A stretch of DNA of 64,000 bases from a virus. Made by a program: the position numbers and the translations under genes. Shown piece after piece: positions 18,656 through 26,796 of the stretch; position 1 is the stretch's first letter; each line of letters begins with the position of its first letter. The stretch covers positions 9,018-73,017 of IMG/VR virus record IMGVR_UViG_3300035665_000023; one strand, 5' to 3'. The notes under the pieces were generated by a model, which was not told where the DNA came from, did not search any database, and was given only the letters and a program-made list of their open reading frames with translations.

Positions 18656-19581
18656 TGCTTCCTCCCAGCTTCAGCTGCTTCTGCTTTAAGAATTGCTGCC
18701 TTCTCCGCATCGGTTAGACCGCCAGTAGCAGCGTGTTTTTCAACTTGCTTTGATGTCGCCGTGTCAGTTCCACCTCGCCGCTCCGCGATCTTTTCCTTGA
18801 CCATCTCGGCCTTAGTCTTGATCGGCCCAAAATACTCCTCGATCGGCTCTCCTTCTTTGAGCGCCGTGGAGACGAGACGCAACTCATCGATGTGCGCCAG
18901 CCCGATGTCGTCTACTCCCTCCACATCGAGGTAAGCAAACACCTGCTCAGGTGTGACTCGATACGTACGTGCAAAGTGTTCAAGCATATCCTTGCGAGTC
19001 TGCTCGACCGACTTGACGTTGCTGTTGGCTACTTTCCTCGCAGCCTCCAGCAGGTCGTTGATGTACGCTCTAGGAATCGCAGCTTGGATTGCATTGCGAC
19101 GAGCCTTGGATGCTGTCGCCATGATTGCGTTCTCGATCATGTGCTGTGCGTATCGTTTGCCGTTCTTTTGAACGATCGACGTAGACGAAATACCGGGAAC
19201 CCGCACATTCCGCTCGAGATCCCATGCGGTCGCGTGAACCGTCACCGAAGTCTCGGTGATGACTGGCTCACCAATTTCGACTTCGATGTTGCCCCAACAC
19301 ATGCAAGCGATCTCAGCGAGCCGAACGGACGGACCAGTGACAGACCCGTCTCCCACCGGCTTGCGATACTCAGCACTGCGAGCGGTTTCAATGTCGTCCT
19401 GCAGTAGAGCAATCGCCTCCTGCTTAAATCGCGACACCGACCGTGGCCATTGCCTTGCCGTGGTGATCCGCTTGTCCAGAACCGCAGCAGCCAATGCAAT
19501 TGCGTGATCTGGCGTTGCGGTCGGCATTGCAATAGCCGTGCCCACCACTTGGTTGTCTCGAGTAATCAATTCCTGGCTCAT
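18652..19581 (-). CDS. Putative single-strand annealing / recombination protein
   Basis: Follows the exonuclease; GPSVRLAE...AWDLERN...KARRNAI motifs. Confidence 0.6.
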   Translation of the reverse strand: MSQELITRDNQVVGTAIAMPTATPDHAIALAAAVLDKRITTARQWPRSVSRFKQEAIALLQDDIETARSAEYRKPVGDGSVTGPSVRLAEIACMCWGNIEVEIGEPVITETSVTVHATAWDLERNVRVPGISSTSIVQKNGKRYAQHMIENAIMATASKARRNAIQAAIPRAYINDLLEAARKVANSNVKSVEQTRKDMLEHFARTYRVTPEQVFAYLDVEGVDDIGLAHIDELRLVSTALKEGEPIEEYFGPIKTKAEMVKEKIAERRGGTDTATSKQVEKHAATGGLTDAEKAAILKAEAAEAGRKQ

Positions 19582-20429
19582 GTAAAATCCTCCAAATCCA
19601 ACTTTGCGAAACGGGGTTGCGGCAACTCAACCGGCTTAGCGTCAAGAAATGACGCCAAGTCGAAATGATTCATTTCATCGACGAGCATGACCAAACGCGC
19701 CTCTGCGTCGTCCAGCCAAGTGTCGGGTATGCGATAAGGTGTGACTCGATAGCTTCCAGATGAACGGATCGCGACAACATAAATTTCTGGATCGGCACCG
19801 AACAGATTGCGGTATCCGCGCCGATACAACGAAAGACGAACGTCATAGCCCATGCCCGCCGCATCGTTGGCAAAGCTTCTCGTGTCGGTTTTGTTGGTCG
19901 TCTTCCAGTCAATAAGCAATGGACCGGCAATACAGTCCGCTTTCATCCGGCATGGGCCGAGATAATCGTCATCCCAAACGTGAACCTTTTCCAGTCCGCC
20001 TTCAGCCCGAGCAACATCCAGCGAAGTTCTGCAAAACGTATTGGATTGCAAGTGGTTCCATATCTCAGCCAACGGATTGCGTTCTCCCGGCTTGAAATAA
20101 ACAAGAGCCTCATTCGCCGCCTTCCACGCCGTCCAAGCCTTGCCCTTGCAATGGCCGTCGTCGTTCAGGACGTTGGCAGGAATCTCCATCGCCAACCCGT
20201 CCCATCCACCTCGTTCCGCGCAAAGATGAACAGCAGTGCCAAACTCCATGGCTGGCGAAACTTCCTTTTTCCAACGTGGGTCCGCTTTGTAGCTGCCCCA
20301 CCACTCCAGCGGATCCCGCAAATACATCGCAACTTCAGAAGACGACAATTCAGGCCGCGAATGGTAGTCCACGTTTGGATCCACTGACGTTAGCTTTTCG
20401 AGAACTTCCACAATGCTCATAAATGACAA
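19578..20429 (-). CDS. PD-(D/E)XK exonuclease (RecE/ExoVIII, DUF3799-like)
   Basis: YH...LSSS, FGTAVH and KADC...IDWKTT motifs. Confidence 0.85.
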   Translation of the reverse strand: MSFMSIVEVLEKLTSVDPNVDYHSRPELSSSEVAMYLRDPLEWWGSYKADPRWKKEVSPAMEFGTAVHLCAERGGWDGLAMEIPANVLNDDGHCKGKAWTAWKAANEALVYFKPGERNPLAEIWNHLQSNTFCRTSLDVARAEGGLEKVHVWDDDYLGPCRMKADCIAGPLLIDWKTTNKTDTRSFANDAAGMGYDVRLSLYRRGYRNLFGADPEIYVVAIRSSGSYRVTPYRIPDTWLDDAEARLVMLVDEMNHFDLASFLDAKPVELPQPRFAKLDLEDFT

Positions 20430-20463
20430 CTCCCATCACTAACACGTATCGATAACAAACCAA

Positions 20464-20539
20464 AACGAGGAGCAGGAGTTGAACCTGCAACGCGGCTCGC
20501 CCGATAGCCGCTGTTTTGCCTGGATTAAACTACCCTCGT
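20464..20539 (-). tRNA. tRNA-like gene with aberrant anticodon loop
   Basis: Acceptor ACGAGGG/TCCTCGT, D arm, T arm GCAGG-TTCAACT-CCTGC; anticodon stem GCGGC/GCCGC closes a 10-nt loop. Confidence 0.55.
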
Positions 20540-20651
20540 TGCCATTACAAAAACCCGAGCATCCACGCTGCCAACGCCAGGATCGAGCACCACACAATCA
20601 ATCCTGACACAACAAACTGAATGATCGGAACCTCTGCAAACTCATCGTCAT

Positions 20652-21002
20652 TCATCGCGCAACACCTTCGTGCTTCGCAATCGCCTCCATAGCTCGCTTC
20701 GTCCAATCCGTAGGAACGTTGACGATGTCTACGCAGTCCACGCTGGTCGAATACTGCATGCAGCCCAATATCAGCTTCAAGCAATACGACAATTCCTCGG
20801 CCTCTCTTGCGTGAGGCGGATCAATCACCTCCTCCGTCACCGTCACCTCCGTTTTGACGACCATTTCGCCACGCAGCACCCGCATCGCTCGAGGTGCCTC
20901 AATACCAAGCTGCACTCGGTTTCCAGAGATCTCCACGACACGGACACTTGCGTCCGGTCCAAGCTTGATCGACTCGCCGTTCTTCCTTGACAAAACCAAC
21001 AT
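20652..21002 (-). CDS. csrA: Carbon storage regulator CsrA with C-terminal extension
   Basis: MLVLSRKNGESIKLG...VQLGIEAP...VLRGE. Confidence 0.9.
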   Translation of the reverse strand: MLVLSRKNGESIKLGPDASVRVVEISGNRVQLGIEAPRAMRVLRGEMVVKTEVTVTEEVIDPPHAREAEELSYCLKLILGCMQYSTSVDCVDIVNVPTDWTKRAMEAIAKHEGVAR

Positions 21003-21081
21003 TTAGGCTGCTCCTTTTTCGTAAACTAAAAAACGCCCGGCCTGCACCATGCAGACCGAGCGACGGTAGCCCCGCCAGGAA

Positions 21082-21291
21082 CTACTTGTTTCGTTGTTTC
21101 GCTACCCACTGAACCAAAGCAGGGCGTTTTTTCCCCTTCCAAGCAAATCGCTCCAATCGATCAAGAGCTTTCTCGTCTCCGTTGATCGCGCGATTGATCA
21201 CGCTCCAGCCGAGAGACTTGGAAACTCGCCAAAGCAACATGTACTCTGCGCCGAACCGTGTTTTGCTTGACTTGTCCAAATGAGTAACCAT
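21082..21291 (-). CDS. Small basic protein, possible Cro-like regulator
   Basis: First gene of the leftward operon; function by position only. Confidence 0.45.
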   Translation of the reverse strand: MVTHLDKSSKTRFGAEYMLLWRVSKSLGWSVINRAINGDEKALDRLERFAWKGKKRPALVQWVAKQRNK

Positions 21292-21427
21292 GATGAAAGA
21301 CTGTATCGGCGTTCACTAGTGATTGCAACAGCATCCGTTAGCGATTGCGCCTTGATTGCGCCGGAAATGCTTGTGGCGTAACCAGTTGAAGCTTGGAAAA
21401 TTTTTTCAAAATGGTTACATTTTTTGC

Positions 21428-21781
21428 ATGGGCGGAACACCTGAACCAAAAAAAACGGAAGCGGTCACAGCACAGCAGCTTTCTGCGTTAGCGGCTGACC
21501 TGAAAGAATTTGCGGCAAAGCTGGAGTTGGCTGCGAAAGTCGCGATGGAGCAAGAAGGTCAAGTAATCGCTTTGTATAACTTGCGTTCTGCAGTTACATC
21601 GGTAACGGCATTGCAGCGGTTCGTCGCAAGAGCGGATGAGCATCGCCGTGCAGCGCAGCTTGGAAAACCCGTTCCGGTTGGACAACCCAAACCGCGATCG
21701 GCGACTGCACGCAAGCCAACTGTCGCAGCAGCAAAAGAAACGCTTGCGAAAGCCAGACAAAAAAAGAAACCTGGAAACTAG
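21428..21781 (+). CDS. Hypothetical protein with basic C-terminus
   Basis: ORF divergent from the leftward operon; start uncertain. Confidence 0.55.
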   Translation: MGGTPEPKKTEAVTAQQLSALAADLKEFAAKLELAAKVAMEQEGQVIALYNLRSAVTSVTALQRFVARADEHRRAAQLGKPVPVGQPKPRSATARKPTVAAAKETLAKARQKKKPGN

Positions 21782-22188
21782 GAGTCTTTTGACACCTTCC
21801 ACTCCGAGGGCATTGCTTGACCGCTCGGCCACAGCATGCACCCTACTGTGCGATCGTGCCGAGCCCAACGCAGAGCAAAGATTGCCGCATCTCGCACGCT
21901 GACTCGTCGCATCAGCAATACGATTTCCTGGCTCTCTGGATCGGCCAGCAGAACATCCGTTTTGCATTGCCGCACTCTTGGCCGTTTTCCTTTTGCGGCC
22001 ATGTCGCGACCCATCTTAAACGCGCGAACTGCCGACTCCACTAGCGTTACACGATCCTGTCCTCGCCTGTCCACATACCGAATTTCCCACATAGCTGACT
22101 CTTTCATAAATGGTGATTTTGATGACAGCGGGATTTTTTTCGCAAGATTGACACGTCTGGTCATCTCTTGACTTACTTTCCAGTTCAT
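21778..22188 (-). CDS. Hypothetical protein (start uncertain)
   Basis: ORF track. Confidence 0.45.
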   Translation of the reverse strand: MNWKVSQEMTRRVNLAKKIPLSSKSPFMKESAMWEIRYVDRRGQDRVTLVESAVRAFKMGRDMAAKGKRPRVRQCKTDVLLADPESQEIVLLMRRVSVRDAAIFALRWARHDRTVGCMLWPSGQAMPSEWKVSKDS

Positions 22189-22196
22189 CGCATATT
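22168..22196 (+). promoter_or_regulatory. Sigma70-type promoter for the xis/cassette operon
   Basis: TTGACT-N17-CATATT. Confidence 0.5.
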
Positions 22197-22247
22197 TAGT
22201 GCATCTCCTTCGGTAGCCCCGCCAGGTTTTTGACCGAGGGGAGAAAC

Positions 22248-22496
22248 ATGGAAGACATTCTGACGATCGCAGAAGTCGCTGATCGACTTCGCTGTTCTGT
22301 TTCTACCGTGCGGCAGCATATCGCACGCGGTCGGCTTGCTGCCGTCAACCTTGGGACCGGAGGTCACAAGCACTACCGGATCACCGAGTCGGCACTCGCT
22401 GACTTTCTCCAGTCAGCCCCTCAATTGGCAACTTCTCTGCCTCCTGCACCCAAGCTGTCTATCAACACTTCGCGATTCATGAAGCGACTTGGTTGA
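22248..22496 (+). CDS. Excisionase-like HTH DNA-binding protein
   Basis: LTIAEVADRLRCSVSTVRQHIARGRL...YRI (HTH_17-type). Confidence 0.85.
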   Translation: MEDILTIAEVADRLRCSVSTVRQHIARGRLAAVNLGTGGHKHYRITESALADFLQSAPQLATSLPPAPKLSINTSRFMKRLG

Positions 22497-22798
22497 TGAT
22501 AATGCGAACGAAAACACCGATCGAATTACTCGAAGATTTAGCCTACGAAAGCGAGTCGATCGCGGTCAAAGCTAGATTGGCGATTGTCATCGCGCACATT
22601 CAGACTATGGAGCAGCAACGGATCGAAATGCGGTATCGGCAAATCGCGGTGCTGCAAGGAATCAAGCTTTTGGCTTCCTGGCATTATGACCCAGAAGCGA
22701 ATTTCGATGATGTGTCGCCAGACGATCAGGTAGCGCATGTTAATGCAAGGATTGTCTGGGAGTGCGATATGGCGTTGCGAGAACTTGGGGTGAATTAG
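22493..22798 (+). CDS. Hypothetical protein
   Basis: Coupled to the xis-like gene. Confidence 0.6.
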   Translation: MMIMRTKTPIELLEDLAYESESIAVKARLAIVIAHIQTMEQQRIEMRYRQIAVLQGIKLLASWHYDPEANFDDVSPDDQVAHVNARIVWECDMALRELGVN

Positions 22799-22829
22799 GT
22801 AAAGAAATAGGTAAAGAAATAGGTAACAA

Positions 22830-22929
22830 GGATCGGTGGACTAGACGACGGCGTTTTGCGCCGAGAGAGCAGAAACGGTATCTGTAGCCACGTCGGCTGT
22901 CTTTGCAGGTTCGAGTCCTGCCCGATCCA
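22830..22929 (+). ncRNA. tRNA-like element (acceptor and T arm intact, non-canonical D and anticodon arms)
   Basis: GGATCGG/CCGATCC acceptor stem; GCAGG-TTCGAGT-CCTGC T arm. Confidence 0.55.
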
Positions 22930-22975
22930 TTGAGACGAACGCTAATCAATTGTTATGCGGTTTGGAGGTTTGATA

Positions 22976-23179
22976 ATGGCACAATTTACGTACAGAGACA
23001 AGTTGATAATCATGCAGGAGCAAGCCATGTGGATCGTGGCAAACATCTTGCGAGACGAAGCATCATCGGTAGATCACACTTGGCAGGCTCGAATTCGGAA
23101 GCTGTCGGAAGAATCGCGACAAATCGCACAGGAGCTACGCGATCACAACGAACAGTTTGAAGAAGAGGACGACGAGTAA
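22976..23179 (+). CDS. Cassette gene, hypothetical
   Basis: GGAGG RBS. Confidence 0.65.
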   Translation: MAQFTYRDKLIIMQEQAMWIVANILRDEASSVDHTWQARIRKLSEESRQIAQELRDHNEQFEEEDDE

Positions 23180-23331
23180 TCCGCATAACGCACAAAATCA
23201 CCGGGTTGCCGCCGGTGAGTATCGATTGAAAAACAGCCGGACGGCAACTCCGGTGCATTTTTTTGTTATGCCATGCCGAACCATTTAAGGTTACCTACAG
23301 TTGTAGTGCGGCGTTCCTTTGGAGCGATGCC

Positions 23332-23817
23332 ATGCAGTTGTATTTTGACGATCATTATCCAAATGTCCCGAATTACTTTATTCGTCGTTCGGATCTTCAG
23401 CCGCGTCACATGCCGGAGTATTCAGCCGTGTACATCGTTATAGATCGACAACGAAGAGTCGAGTATGTGGGAGAAACCAAGAACCTTCGGCATCGCATAA
23501 GTGAACACGGCGGTTTTTCACACAACAGCGGTATTGCATGGATCAACGTTGACAGTTCGATGTTGGCTTTTACCGAGTGCTGGTTTATTGCGACGCTAAG
23601 ACCTTACAGGAACGGTACGCAACGGAAGTATTTGAAAGATTGCTCACGCTCAGCAGTCGTCGATAGAACGATTCATCGTTTGTGGGTTGTTGGTCGCCAC
23701 GTTCGTCTTTGCGACGGGACGAGCGGTTTTATTGATAGGGTTTACGAGTCGTCGAAGCGCATCGTGGTGAATGGCGTTTCGTATAGAATATGTCAGGCAA
23801 CTGTGACATTGGCATAA
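23332..23817 (+). CDS. Cassette gene, GIY-YIG nuclease-like
   Basis: AVYIV...YVGETKNLRHRISEH. Confidence 0.75.
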   Translation: MQLYFDDHYPNVPNYFIRRSDLQPRHMPEYSAVYIVIDRQRRVEYVGETKNLRHRISEHGGFSHNSGIAWINVDSSMLAFTECWFIATLRPYRNGTQRKYLKDCSRSAVVDRTIHRLWVVGRHVRLCDGTSGFIDRVYESSKRIVVNGVSYRICQATVTLA

Positions 23818-23850
23818 CGCTTGGGTTCACGGGGCCGCGAGGAAAAAACT

Positions 23851-24426
23851 ATGAACAAATCAAACGACGTTGACGCGGCTCCCGTGCAACCCATTGTTAT
23901 GCGTTTCTGTTACGCAGATCCGCCCTACCTTGGATGTGGCAAGAAGCTGTATGGCGACATGCACGAACAGGCAGCAGATTGGGACAACCCCGAGAGGCAT
24001 AGCCAATTGGTAGAGCAATTGTGCGACGAGTTCCCAGACGGTTGGGCAATGTCGTTGCATAGCCCGAGCCTGCGGACGATTCTTCCAATGTGCCCAGAGG
24101 ATTGCCGTGTAGCAGCATGGGTGAAACCATTCGCAGTGTTCAAAGCGAACGTAACGGTAGCGTATGCGTGGGAACCAGTCATCTTCCGTGGCGGTCGGAA
24201 ACGACCGCGAACGATGCCAACTGTTAGAGATTGGGTCAGCGAGTGCATTACGTTGAAGAAGGGTTGCCCTGGGGCAAAACCCGAGGGGTTTAGTATGTGG
24301 CTGTTCGACCTGTTGAACATGGAACCGCAAGACGATTTCGTTGATATGTTTCCCGGCAGCGGGAGCGTGCAAAAGGCGTGGGACAAGTTTCGCCACACGC
24401 CGATGCTGCCACTGGAATACGCATAA
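23851..24426 (+). CDS. Cassette gene, amino-type DNA methyltransferase-like
   Basis: YADPPY and DMFPGSG motifs; start codon lies inside the attC loop. Confidence 0.75.
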   Translation: MNKSNDVDAAPVQPIVMRFCYADPPYLGCGKKLYGDMHEQAADWDNPERHSQLVEQLCDEFPDGWAMSLHSPSLRTILPMCPEDCRVAAWVKPFAVFKANVTVAYAWEPVIFRGGRKRPRTMPTVRDWVSECITLKKGCPGAKPEGFSMWLFDLLNMEPQDDFVDMFPGSGSVQKAWDKFRHTPMLPLEYA

Positions 24427-24529
24427 CGCTAGCGGTAACCGAATCGCCGCCAAGAGACTCGGCTTGAGAACTAGGTGACCGGCGACTTCGGTTCACCGCT
24501 TTGTTATCCCAAAGTTTAGAAGGTGAGCC

Positions 24530-24748
24530 GTGGCTGGTTGGCAACCGATTGAAACCGCACCGAAAGACGGCACAAAGATTTTGGGATGCGATAGTAATGG
24601 TGAACTTGCCGTTGTGCATTGGGATCAAAATTTAGTTCGTGGCTTGAAGGGTTTTCAGATTGGAATTGGCGGAGTGAATTGGAATTGGTTGCAACATTAT
24701 TTTATACCAGTAATGTGGCAACCATTGCCTAATTCACCTGATGGATAA
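24530..24748 (+). CDS. Cassette gene, DUF551-like
   Basis: WQPIETAPKDGT...WQPLP. Confidence 0.8.
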   Translation: MAGWQPIETAPKDGTKILGCDSNGELAVVHWDQNLVRGLKGFQIGIGGVNWNWLQHYFIPVMWQPLPNSPDG

Positions 24749-24789
24749 CGCTCGGATTCACCGAGCCGAAAGGAAAGAGGTAAACGAGA

Positions 24790-25047
24790 ATGAGCGATAC
24801 GAATGAGGCTTCGGTGCAATCCGTTGTTCGTCGGCTTTTGGCTAACGACCAATTGAGGAAGATCTACGATGTTGACGAAGATACGTTGTGGGAGTGCTTG
24901 CGAGTTCTTGCTCGCATGGTGCGGGACAAGACGATTGATGCAGACAAGGCATTGAAGGCCGAAGCAGAGCGAAGTCGTCCACGGTCTGTAGGAAATCAGT
25001 TGTTTGAGGCCGCAATGCGAGATTTTGAGCGAGACGGTATTCGTTAG
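24790..25047 (+). CDS. Cassette gene, hypothetical
   Basis: RBS and ATG inside the attC loop. Confidence 0.65.
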   Translation: MSDTNEASVQSVVRRLLANDQLRKIYDVDEDTLWECLRVLARMVRDKTIDADKALKAEAERSRPRSVGNQLFEAAMRDFERDGIR

Positions 25048-25094
25048 GTCGGACGAACGGTAGCCGTCAGCGGGCGGCGAAAGGAAGATTAACC

Positions 25095-25433
25095 ATGTCG
25101 AACGACTCTGCCGCCGCTCCGTTGCACGGCGTTGTTCTACTGCCATGTCCCTTTTGCGGAGGCGAGGCAGTAGAGTGCTATCAACGTGACGACCTTGACG
25201 ATTGGAAGATTGAGTGCAGTGGGTGTGGTGCAGTATCGTGTCCAGATGGGATGCGGTACGACAAGCATTTGGCAATTAAAGATTGGAACACGCGAATCGT
25301 CAAAGGCGTGCGAACAGTGTTCAGTTACGAAATGTTCGGCAAGATCGGATTCGTATGGATGGCAAGAACCGGTGGGGAAATGTACGGCCCATGCTTGTCG
25401 CTAGACGAATTGTACTCCGATTTAGGTCAGTAG
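25095..25433 (+). CDS. Cassette gene, Lar-family restriction alleviation protein
   Basis: LPCPFCGG...IECSGCG...AIKDWNTR. Confidence 0.8.
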   Translation: MSNDSAAAPLHGVVLLPCPFCGGEAVECYQRDDLDDWKIECSGCGAVSCPDGMRYDKHLAIKDWNTRIVKGVRTVFSYEMFGKIGFVWMARTGGEMYGPCLSLDELYSDLGQ

Positions 25434-25537
25434 AACGCTGGCAATCACGGGGCCGCGACCGTGAAAGCCAGCCATCAGAAAAGACGTTGACGCGGCTCCC
25501 GTGCATTGCTTTGTTCGTCGTCCTTGGAGGTTTGATT

Positions 25538-25801
25538 ATGAGAGTCGCAGAGTTGATTGAAGAGTTGAAGAAGTTACCACCAGAGTCGGAAGTCATCCTC
25601 CAGAAAGACGCGGAAGGTAATGGGTACAGTCCATTGTACAAAGTGGATGGTAATGCCATTTACATAGAGGATTTGGCATGGAGTGGCAAAGTCGTTTCGA
25701 CGGAGTGGTCGGCCTGCGATGCATGTTACGAGTCAGAGGAAGAGTGGGAAGCATTTAAGGCGTCGAATCCGCGTTGCTGTGTTTTGGCACCAGTGAACTA
25801 G
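25538..25801 (+). CDS. Cassette gene, hypothetical
   Basis: GGAGG RBS; MRVAELIEELKKLP...DAEGNGYSPL. Confidence 0.7.
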   Translation: MRVAELIEELKKLPPESEVILQKDAEGNGYSPLYKVDGNAIYIEDLAWSGKVVSTEWSACDACYESEEEWEAFKASNPRCCVLAPVN

Positions 25802-25847
25802 GTAGGACGAACGCTGGCGATGACCCAGCCCGAAAGGAGATTTCAAA

Positions 25848-26144
25848 ATGTCAGAAACCAGTAATGAGGGCTTGGGTCCATCGTATCGTTCTACGTCCAA
25901 GCGGTGTGAGTTTGTTTATGAAGTCGAAACAGCACTGCGTTCCGTAACCCATGAATGTCGATTGGCTAATGCCGTAGAAATCAGTTACGAGATTCGAGAT
26001 GGCGAAGGTTTTATTCGGATCGTGTCGGTAGAAGATAAAGCGGATGCGAAAGCGTATCGTGCGTTGAGAAAATTGTTTAGCCGTCCCGACCAGATGAGAT
26101 TGGACATCGCGCCAGTCTGGGATTCGCGAAATATCGGGCAGTAG
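25848..26144 (+). CDS. Cassette gene, hypothetical
   Basis: AAGGAG and ATG inside the attC loop. Confidence 0.65.
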   Translation: MSETSNEGLGPSYRSTSKRCEFVYEVETALRSVTHECRLANAVEISYEIRDGEGFIRIVSVEDKADAKAYRALRKLFSRPDQMRLDIAPVWDSRNIGQ

Positions 26145-26183
26145 AACGCACAGGATAACCCAGTGCGAGAAAGGAAAGTAGCA

Positions 26184-26459
26184 ATGACAGAAGACACTAA
26201 CGAGCACTTGGGTTCATCCGATTGTTCGTCGGCTTTTAATGTGCTCTCGCGAATGCTTGAATCTGGATGTGACTTGCATAAGCAATCGGGCATTTGCTGG
26301 ATACATGATTGGGCTGGTCGATGTTTAGCAGAAGCAAAGACGCTTACCGACATGCGAGAACAATTGGAGCGATTCGACATCGAAGCACACGAACGTCGCT
26401 ACAAGGCTAGGTGCGATTGGTATGCAAAAAACAGGAACAAGCTTTTAGGTCGGCAGTAA
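26184..26459 (+). CDS. Cassette gene, hypothetical
   Basis: AAGGA and ATG inside the attC loop. Confidence 0.65.
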   Translation: MTEDTNEHLGSSDCSSAFNVLSRMLESGCDLHKQSGICWIHDWAGRCLAEAKTLTDMREQLERFDIEAHERRYKARCDWYAKNRNKLLGRQ

Positions 26460-26567
26460 GTCCGACGAACAAGTATTATATGGAATTGACCATATCACCG
26501 TGTTATGTGGAATTCAATATATCCTGGGTTTGCGAGTCTTTGCACGACTCGCAGGGACCGGAAACGC

Positions 26568-26783
26568 TGGCACCAAAACGGCACCAAACGAGTGATTTTG
26601 ATACGATTTCCACAGCAATGGCACCATTGAAAAGCAGCAAAAACGCAGGAAATTGCGAGGATTTTTGCGTTGACATCGTTGAGGTCACAGATTCGAGTTC
26701 TGTACCGCCCACTAGGGAAAACGCTGAGAAAACGAACAAAACGACTGAACGATAAATGGTGCCCGGCACCAAAATTGGCACCA
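26568..26783 (+). other. attP: tRNA-Val(GAC) 3'-half core (26668-26712) with GGCACCA arm-type repeats on both sides
   Basis: CG-TTGACAT-CG anticodon loop through the T arm ACAGA-TTCGAGT-TCTGT to ACCGCCCA; no tRNA 5' half; five GGCACCA copies flank it; adjacent to the integrase. Confidence 0.8.
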
Positions 26784-26796
26784 GCGATTTTCAGAT

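Larger units (their letters stand above)
22952..26470 (-). mobile_element. Integron-type gene cassette array: 8 full attC sites, 9 cassettes (strand given is the canonical attC orientation)
   Basis: attC at 23183-23271, 23812-23902, 24421-24509, 24743-24842, 25052-25140, 25430-25519, 25806-25894 and 26141-26230; identical hairpin geometry; complementary core heptamers across each gene. Confidence 0.85.

Noticed and set aside
26668-26712. Complete tRNA-Val gene
   Set aside because: No 5' acceptor strand or D arm, so treated as the attP core
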